Below are positions 55,227 through 64,000 of a DNA stretch of 64,000 nt, piece by piece. The position numbers and the translations under genes are program-made. Position 1 is the first letter of the stretch. Each line of letters begins with the position of its first letter. The DNA comes from Eledone cirrhosa (lineage: Eukaryota): the NCBI GenBank assembly GCA_964016885.1, contig OZ024743.1, forward strand, positions 191,518,001-191,582,000, in the 5' to 3' direction. The notes under the pieces are model-generated. The model saw only the letters and a list, made by a program, of their open reading frames with translations. It ran no database searches and was not told where the DNA came from.

Positions 55227-55409
55227 ATTTCTTTATTAGCCACAAGGGCACAAAAGAAGGGGATAAATACAAATGGGGGTTTACATACATGTATATGAAA
55301 ATAAAACTATTAATACAATAACAAATAACAATTGAAATCCCCAATAGAGGGAGGTGTTACACAGGGGTTGTACACACCCCGAAAAAAATGTACAACCCTC
55401 ATCTCCAGG
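55227..55409 (-). mobile_element. Tx1-clade element copy 4 (3' UTR stub, same subfamily as copy 1)
   Basis: Nearly identical to 23731-23910. GATA/GACA repeats on both sides. Confidence 0.9.
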
Positions 55410-55410
55410 C

Positions 55411-55455
<45 letters not shown>

Positions 55456-55672
55456 TATTTCTTTATTTACCATAAAGGTATAAAAAGAAGGGAGAAATAC
55501 AAAGAGGGAGTTTACATAAAACCGAGTAAAAAGGGTATAAAATGAAAATAATCAAAAACAACTTCAAAAGGGAGGGGACGTGATGGGGGTTGCACACACC
55601 CCCGAAAAAGTGTGCAATCCTTTGCCCGGGGAGCACATGGAGAAGGTGCTCCCCTCTCCTTCACTTCTTTAC

Positions 55673-58600
55673 CTACAGGATGGTATACAGAGAAGGCCCA
55701 TTTACACGAGCCATTCTCGCCACTATCACCCACCTTTCATAAAACTGCCTGTGGGCAAGCACCTCTCTCTCCATTCTTATCCTTCTTCCGAAGTGATATC
55801 GGAAGAAGTAGACCAGACTATAGCCAGAGAGGAAGTTGCCTGACCTCAGACCTTTCAATCGTGTCCACCAAACAACCTCTTTCAACATGGCTATTACGCA
55901 CAGAAAAACCGCCTTTGCTTCCTTTGTGAAAAGGGGAGGCGGCTTGATTGTCATCACGGACTCGGCGGTCAATCGAATCGGCGCCACCCGCGACAGCAGT
56001 CGTTCGGCGTAGCCCCACAGATCAGCCACGCCCGGACAGTGCACCAATGCGTGCGCAACGGTTTCTTCGTGACGCACGCATCTAGGGCAAATCTTTTTCG
56101 AGGGATCCCTGCCCGGGCGCCCGTGTCTGTAGAGCTTTTCTCGAACGGGTAGAGCCCCCCGGTAGCACTGCCAGGCCAGTGACTGCTGGAACTTGTCCAT
56201 TGGTCCCGGAACGAAAGTCCTACCGAACAGGCTGGCCAGTTCGTCCTCTTCCATGTCCAGCGACTCTCCAAGGGTGTCATCGCCCCTGCTAGCCACCAGC
56301 CCTCTATAGAATGACAAGGTGGATTCTCCACCGATGGCCGGGTCCGCTTGCCAGAGAGCCCTGAGCGCCTGGGCACACTCAGTGTGCCAGTCGCCCAGTT
56401 TTCCAGATCTTTGCTTGACCCAGGACTGCAGCTCGGTGAGCGAGACGAGTCTCAGAAAGGCTCATCTCACGAACGGAGCCCACACCGGTTGACGAGTGAG
56501 GAATACCTGTAGGTGCCGTAGCCTTAATGCGTGCCTACGCATCATCAACCACGGCATCCCCAGCCCTCCTTTCGAAGGTTGTTGGCAGCAGATGGATCTT
56601 CTCACCATAGGAGGGCGCTTCTTCCAAAGAAATTGAAAGAGCATGCGTTCCATGGTGGTGAGTGTTTCCTTAGGGCAAGGCACGACAGTCAGGCGGTAGT
56701 AAGTGACGGACGCTATGTAAATGTTCGCCACCTCCGCCCGACCTTTCAGGGACAGCTTACACTTGGCCCATTTCTGGGTCAGTGCAAACACCTTGTTTGT
56801 AACCTCGCTCCAGTTCTTTTCCACCTGGAGGTCCGGTCCAAACCAGACCCCAAGCAACTTCACCGGGCCCTCCGTCCAGTGTCCGACGACACCGTCGGGA
56901 GGCATTGGTCTGCCTCTCCACGTTCCGAGTTGCAGCCCGATGGATATTTCCCGGTTCAGTTTCGCTCCTGACAACCTTTCGTACTCCTCCAGTAAGGTAC
57001 CGATCGCCTCGATCTCCGAGTCGGTCGATACCATTACTGTTACATCATCGGCGTAGGCCGACACCGCTTTGCTCAATCCTGGTTCCAGGGGGATACCCTG
57101 CAACAACTCCAACTTCCTCAGTAAAGGCTCGAGAGTCAATACGTACAGAAGGGAGGAGAGAGGGCACCCCTGTCGAATGGATCGTGTGATTTCGAACGGC
57201 TTCGAAAGGTAGCCATTCACCTTGATCCTAGAACAGATGTGGTTGCTATGTAAGGCAGTGATCCAGCCTCTGAAAACAGGACCGAACCCAGCCGCCGCTA
57301 GCACCGCATCCAGGTAACCATGGTCGACCCTATCGAACGCCTTAGACTGATCCAAGTTGATCAGGGCCCCACCGAAGCCGGGTTTGTTGCCACCCCTCTC
57401 TATGATGTATCGTATGAGATGGAGGTTGTCGTGAATGGACCTGGATGGGATAGCACATGTCTGCGCATCTCCGACCAGGCCACCCACGACAAGCGCCAAC
57501 CTCTTTGCTAACACCTTGGCCAAAATCTTTAACTCTGTGTTTAGCAGGGTTATGGGCCGAAAATTATTTATACTATCCCCCTTGTTCTCGTCCTTCCTCA
57601 CCAGCGAGACTACGCCCTTGGCTACAGAACAAGGAATTCTCCCGTTCTGCTGCCAATTGCAGTAGACTGCTTCGAGGAGTTCGGAGAAGAAGACAGGCAT
57701 TGCTAAATAAAGTTCGTAAGGTATACCATCGAGACCTGGAGATTTGCGTCTGCTGCATTGGCTCAACGCATCCCCGAACTCATCAGCCGAGATTGGTCCC
57801 TCGCAGGACTCTGCCTCTTCGCTTGAGAGACGCGGCAGGCCGTCGAGGTATGGACCGAAATCCACGTCCCCGCCAGGACCCTCGCCTCCCCCGAACAATC
57901 GGGCAAAGTGCCTTTGAAAGGCCTCGCACATCTGCTTAGGCTCCCGGATCAGCCGTCCATCCTCGTCTTGCAAAGACCGGATGGTGGATCGATTTCCACT
58001 CTTAGCTTCTGTCACGCGGGCCCAGCCAACGGCTTTGGCCCCCTCATTACCTAGAGCACGTATTTTACTTCGAATGACGCAGCCTTCGTGCTTTGCATCG
58101 AAAAACTGGCTCAAGGCCGTCCTCGATGCCACCACTCTGGCCACATCTTCGCTCTTGATTGCCTCTTCTAATTTACCTGTTAATTCTTTCTCGTTCCTAT
58201 TCCTATCGGCAGCTAACATCTTGCTATAACTTATTGATTCTGTTCTAATCTCTCTTTTGAGAGATGCCCACCATCGGTTGTTGACGATTGCACCCGTCAA
58301 CCTCTCCTTAACTAATCTGCTAATCCAGTCTCTGTAAGCCTCTTTTGCCGGTAAAGACAAATTAAGTTTCCAGTAACCGGGACCCTGTCTATGTGTTCTC
58401 TCGAGGTTGACTACGCAGGTCACTAATTTGTGATCTGTATAGCCAACCGTGAGCATTTCTGGACAGCTTAATATGTACCTATCCTTACTTCTAACTAAGA
58501 ATCTTACTAAGTACGATCTAGATTGACCACTGTGGTTCGTCCAAGTCCAGGCTGGCACAGTTGGAAAATCTAGTCGATATCTATCGACCAAGTTAAAACA

Positions 58601-59101
58601 GTCGAGTAACCCCTTGAGGCTGTTACACCCCCCTCTATTAGGACATGCTCCTGCATAGTCCCAACGGATGTCATTCCAGTCCCCCGCTAGAAGCAGGGAA
58701 CGGGACGTTCCCAGAAAAGTCTCCAGACGCTGGAATAAGTCGAGTCGTTCAGCTCCGAAAGGGGAGTAGACGGCGACCAGTCTCAAGGCCGCACCTCCAC
58801 TACTGCCAACGTCTAGCACCAACAAACGACCTTCCGGGTTCGAGTGAACAACCTGTACGGCGAGACCCAGGTGTGTTTCCAGCAGTACGACAACCCCACC
58901 CCCACTTCCAGGTTGACAGAGAGATGCGTGCACCTCAAAGTCATCGAAGGTAGGGGCCAGCTGCCGCACGACGCTGATCCGAGTCTCACAGATAACCATT
59001 ACATTTATACCACGTGACCTGAGGTCATTTAGAAGCTTTACTTGCTTCCAAGTTGAGCCCAGGCCACGTGCATTCAAACATCCTACTCTTAACACATCCA
59101 T
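55673..59101 (-). pseudogene. ORF2 of copy 5: APE, RT and zinc finger, about 1140 codons with one in-frame stop at 56462-56464
   Basis: The 879-aa ORF continues in the same frame into the 55673-56317 ORF. Motifs DQSKAFDRVDH, RQGCPLS, YADD, CPRC...HALVHC. Confidence 0.93.
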
Positions 59102-59134
59102 GTGGGCGGCAAAGCGAAAGGAGAGTGTAGAGAC

Positions 59135-61024
59135 CTACTTTTCTGCTTCCCGGGGTTCGGGTCGCACGACTTCCATGGAGTCGGGAGTGTTGGGTGAAGG
59201 GGTGTCTTGTGGTGGTGTGGGGTCGTCAGTGTGTGGTGGGGTTGGTGTGTTCGGAGTTGTGTTGGGGAGGAGAAGGGGAGGGGGAAAGCTTTTTAGGAGG
59301 ACGCGGTTTATGGGTTTGACAGAGGGTGGTCCTACGTCCTCCTTAAAATCCTTTTTTAGTTTTTGGTAGAGGTTCATTGGGATCTTTATTAATTTTAAAT
59401 GTGGGCAGTTTTCTGAAGAAACAAAGTTTACCCCTTCGGTTTGTACCGAAGGGTTATTGTTTATGAGTTCATTTAATTTATTATTGTTTCTGTTGATGTA
59501 AGTATAGTGTAATGTCTTTTGTTCGGATGGTGTGAGTGTTTCGAAGAGGGGAGGGGCAGGTTTGGTTTTGTTTGTTGCTGGAGGAGGGTTTTGTGTTTTG
59601 TTGGATTGTGTTGACATTTGGGTAGGGGCTGTTTGGCCTTGTGTGTTTTGCACATGTTTCCTTTTTTTCCTTTTAATCTGTCTGAAGTACTCCGTTTCTT
59701 CCTCCGTATTCGTTGGGTTATCTTCAGTGTTGGAGGGAAGAGGTATGTTTGCTGGTAATGTTTCCGTGTTAGTTTTCTTTGTGGGGGAGATGGATGTCAC
59801 TATGTTAGACTGTGTTGTGTGTTGTGGCTGCGGTGGTTGTGTTGTTTTATTGAGTGAGGGGTTGGGTGGGACTGTGTTTTGTTTTTGGGTAATGTGTTGT
59901 GTCTGTTTGTGCTGTGGTGGTGGTGTAGTTTTACTGAGGGACGGGTTGGGTGGGACTGAGTTTTGTTGTTTGTTTATCTGTTGTGGTGGTGGTGGAGCTG
60001 GTGTTGGTAGCAGGGTTTTCTTCTTGTTGAGTGCCCTCTGCCTACACAGATATGACAGGACGGCCTTCTCCCCTTCACGCTAATGTTTATATACCCGTGG
60101 CCCTCTAATAGGATTCTGTCGGGTATTTGGGCAATGCGTTCAGGCTTCATTTGCACTACAAGTTCTATACCTGTTCCACTGAACGCATTGCCTGTGGTTT
60201 TCCCAATGGAAATCACGTTGTCATTCGCTGGATCGATGAAGCCAGCTATGAGCCAGCAGTAGTCCACATCTGGCATCATCGCATCCAGCCATATGCGCTG
60301 AGTTCTTTTACGCATATGAGATGGATAAAAGGTAAAATTTGTCGAACGAATCGGCGACAAAGCATATTTTTTTGCCGCTGATTCGTTCTTCATAATAATG
60401 GCTAGGCTTCCATACAGCCTGTCTCTTCTTATGAAAGTGGCTTCATTAAGTACTTCTGTAAGTACTGCGTTAATTTCTGCTTGTGTTGGTTGTTGAGGTT
60501 TTTTTGAGATGTTGTTGATGGTGCGGAAAACGACCGTCCGACTTTCAATATCTTTGGTGAGTTCTTGGGGCATTTTTACCGATAAGGTTCCATTTTCCCC
60601 TTGAGTTATGTATTGTTTGGCGTTTATTCTTTGTGCCACATCTGAAATATTTTCAGGTATATATGTTAAAGATTTTGTTGTTGTTTGTGCAAATGAGATA
60701 TTATTGGTGTTGACTTTGTCGTCTGTTTTACTTTCTGTTATGATGTTGTTTTCAAATTTTATTTTTGTGTTTGTTGTTTCTTTGTTTGTGGTATTAATAT
60801 TGTCATGCAATTCTTTCAAATTATTTTTGTTGTTGGAATCAATCTCCAGATTTGTGTTTTCGTCATTTTTCTCCGCACATTCGTCTGTTTTTATTTTATT
60901 TTTTCTTTCCTTCTCTATGACGTTAGTTGGGAAGGAAGGGCGGACTAAAGCGTGCGAGCTTACAACTGTTACCGCTGTCCCCCCCACCACCACCACCACT
61001 ATTTTCGTTAGCTTCGTTTAACAT
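59135..61024 (-). pseudogene. ORF1 of copy 5, frameshifted
   Basis: Fragments 59974-60999 and 59135-59800. Partial knuckle GRRPSCHICVGRGH. Homologous to copy 2 ORF1. Confidence 0.85.
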
Positions 61025-61254
61025 TACTGCCAGACGATTGAAATTTTATGCCACAAAATTTTTAAAAACAGGTTTTTCACCCCTGGGAGGGGTGAAGATG
61101 AGCTGGCCCACCGCCTGACAATTCAGACGGGGGGTCAAGCTACACAATAGTATCAAAATTAAAGTTAAACTAACAAAATTTCCGCAATAAATTGGAACAA
61201 AACTTCTGCGCGAAGTGAATTACGTCTACGCTGTCGAACAGACGACAGCTAGGT

Positions 61255-61336
<82 letters not shown>

Positions 61337-61337
61337 T

Positions 61338-61368
<31 letters not shown>

Positions 61369-61369
61369 T

Positions 61370-62615
61370 GTTTCTTTTATTTGCCACCAGGGCATCAAAA
61401 GTGGGACAAGTACAATGGGGGGAGTTTACAAAACAAGGCGTCCTCAATAAGGAGGAGGCAATAACAATATATAAAAATAAAATAAAATATAACAAAAAAT
61501 AAAATTTATAACAAAGTCCTCAATAGAGAGGAGGCGCCTTGGGGGGTCGCACACACCCCCGAAAAAAGTGTGCAACCCTTCTCCTCAGGAGCACAGAGAA
61601 GGGGTGCTCCCTTGGTCTTTCATCTTCCTCACCTATAGTCTGATGTAGAGTGAAGGCCCATTCACACGGCCATTCTCGCCACTTTTACCCATCTTTCATA
61701 AAAACGGCTGGGGTGCAGCACCTCTCTCTCCATCCTGATCCTTCTTCCGAAATGATATCGGAAGAAACGGACCAGTTGTTGGCCAGAGAGAAAGGTGTCT
61801 GACCTCAGTCCTTTCAGACGCGTCCACCATACAACCTCTTTCGCCATGGCTATTACGCACAGAAACACCGCCTCTCCTTCGTTTTTGAAGAGGGGAGGCG
61901 GCTTGATCGTTACAATAGACTCGGTGGTCAACCGGATCGGTCCCACCCTTGACAGCAGTTGTTCGACATAGCCCCACAGATCGGCAATGCCCGAGCAGTG
62001 TACCAATGCGTGTGCAACGGTTTCCTCGTCGCACACGCATGTGGGACAGATCTTTTTCGATGGGTCCCTACCCGGGCGCCCGTGTCTGTAGAGCCTTTCT
62101 CGAACGAGCAGAGCCCTTCTGTAGCTTTGCCAGGCCAGGGACCTCTGGAAGTTATCCATGGGTCCCAGGCTGAATGTCCTACCGAACAGGTTGGCCAGTT
62201 CGTCTTCCTCCATGCCTAGGGCTTCTCCGAGGGCGTCGTCGCACCTGCTAACCACCAGCCCTCTATAGAATGACGAGGTGGATTCTCCACTGACAGCCGG
62301 GTCCGCCTGCCAGAGAGCCGTGAGCGCCTGGGCACACACGGTGTGCCAGGCGCCCAGTTTTCTCGGTCTTTGCTTGACCCAGGATTGCAGCTCGGTGAGT
62401 GAGACGAGTCTGGGAAAGGCTCGCCTCACAAACGGGGCCCACACCGGTTGACCGGAGAGGAATACCTGAAGGTGCCGTAGCCTTAATGCGTGTTTACGTA
62501 TCATTAGCCACGGCATCCCCAGCCCTCCTTTCGAAGGGTGTTGACAGCAGATGGATCTCCTCACCATAGGAGCCCGCTTCTTCCAGAGGAATTGGAAGAA
62601 TGCGCGCTCCATGGC
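61370..62615 (-). mobile_element. Tx1-clade element copy 6 (5'-truncated, about 1.25 kb)
   Basis: 316-aa ORF2 C-terminus. (GATA)n at 61255-61368 and 62616-62699. Confidence 0.93.
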
Positions 62616-62699
<84 letters not shown>

Positions 62700-62700
62700 T

Positions 62701-63690
62701 ATTTCTTTTATTTGCCACTAGGGCATCAAAAGTGGGACAAGTACAAAGGGGGGAGTTTACACAAAAAGGCGTCCTCAATAAGGAGAAGGCAATAACAAAA
62801 TATAAAAATAAAATAAGATATAACAAAAAATAAAATTTTTAACAAAATCCTCAATAGAGAGGAGGCGCCTTGGGGGGTCGCACACACCCCCGAAAAAAGT
62901 GTGCAACCCTTCTCCTCAGGAGCACAGAGAAGGGGTGCTCCCTTGGTCTTTCATCTTCCTCACCTATAGTCTGATGTAGAGTGAAGGCCCATTCACACGG
63001 GCCATTCTCGCCACTTTCACCCATCTTTCATAGAAACGGCTGGGGTGCAGCACCTCTCTCTCCATCCTGATCCTTCTTCCGAAATGATATCGGAAGAAAC
63101 GGACCAGTTGTTGGCCAGAGAGAAAGGTGCCCGACCTCAGTCCTTTCAGACGCGTCCACCATACAACCTCTTTCGCCATGGCTATTACGCACAGAAACAC
63201 CGCCTCTGCTTCATCTTTGAAGGGGGGAGGCGGCTTGATCATTACAATAGACTCGGTGGTCAACCGGATCGGTCCCACCCTTGACAGCAGTTGTTCGACA
63301 TAGCCCCACAGATCGGCTACGCCCGAGCAGTGTACTAATGCGTGTGCAACGGTTTCCTCGTCGCACACGCATCTGGGACAGATCTTTTTGGCGGGGTCCC
63401 TACCCGGGCGCCCGTGTCTGTAGAGCCTTTCTCGAACGGGTAAAGCCCCTCGGTAGCACTGCCAGGCCAGGGACTTCTGGAAGTTGTCCATAGGTCCCGG
63501 GCTAAATGTCCTACCGAAAAGGCTGGCCAGTTCGTCCTCCTCCATGTCTAGGGCTTCTCCGAGGGCGTCGTCGCACCTGCTGCGTACCAGCCCTCTATAG
63601 AATGTTGCGGTGGAGTCTCCACTGATAACCGGATCCGCCTGCCAGAGGGCGGTGAGCGCCTGGGCACACTCAGTGTGCCAGGCGCCCAGT
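62701..63690 (-). mobile_element. Tx1-clade element copy 7 (5'-truncated, about 1.0 kb, same subfamily as copy 6)
   Basis: Open ORF2 C-terminus and a 3' UTR nearly identical to copy 6. (GATA)n at 63692-63720. Confidence 0.93.
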
Positions 63691-64000
63691 TAGATAGATA
63701 GATAGATAGATAGATAGATATTGAATGAGTGGGAGATACTGCAGTAAAGATAGTAAATCAAGTATAATATATCAAGCATATAGAATGAACAATTAGATTA
63801 TTTAGATGAAATTGATAATACTTTAACGTATTTTAATTAACAAACACTTTATCTCAAACATCTCGTCAACTATTCTAAAGTCTCATAAACTTCTGTTACA
63901 AATATACGTATTTCATATACACGTACATTATATAAATCGCATACACACATACATGTATGCATACATACATACATACATACATACATACATACATACATAC

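Larger units (their letters stand above)
55457..61254 (-). mobile_element. Tx1-clade element copy 5 (full length, about 5.8 kb)
   Basis: 5' UTR, ORF1, 33-nt spacer, ORF2 and 3' UTR. Pure (GATA)n on both sides. Confidence 0.95.

Noticed and set aside
61370-63690. Copies 6 and 7 as a tandem duplication or assembly artefact
   Set aside because: They have different 5' truncation points and scattered substitutions, and copy 6 has a private small deletion near the ORF2 end. Independent insertions fit better.

Overview
AT-rich, microsatellite-dense animal DNA. The tRNA-headed SINEs suggest an octopod cephalopod (inference). No host gene can be securely identified. The dominant signal is two head-to-tail arrays (23.7-33.7 kb and 55.2-63.7 kb) holding seven minus-strand Tx1-clade L1-type retrotransposons from about five subfamilies. 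Every copy is bounded on both sides by (GATA)n, which points to a GATA-microsatellite-specific family with conserved, covarying UTR hairpins. A second layer is a set of Penelope-type terminal remnants, often inverted repeats inside (TA)n. They carry about ten minimal type I hammerhead ribozyme motifs, some with variant cores, alongside one truncated RT/GIY-YIG Penelope. Also present are a decayed RTE LINE and RTE fragments, many SINEs, a hAT-type MITE, a probable non-autonomous Helitron and a tRNA-like sequence. Coordinates were read by eye and may be off by a few bases.
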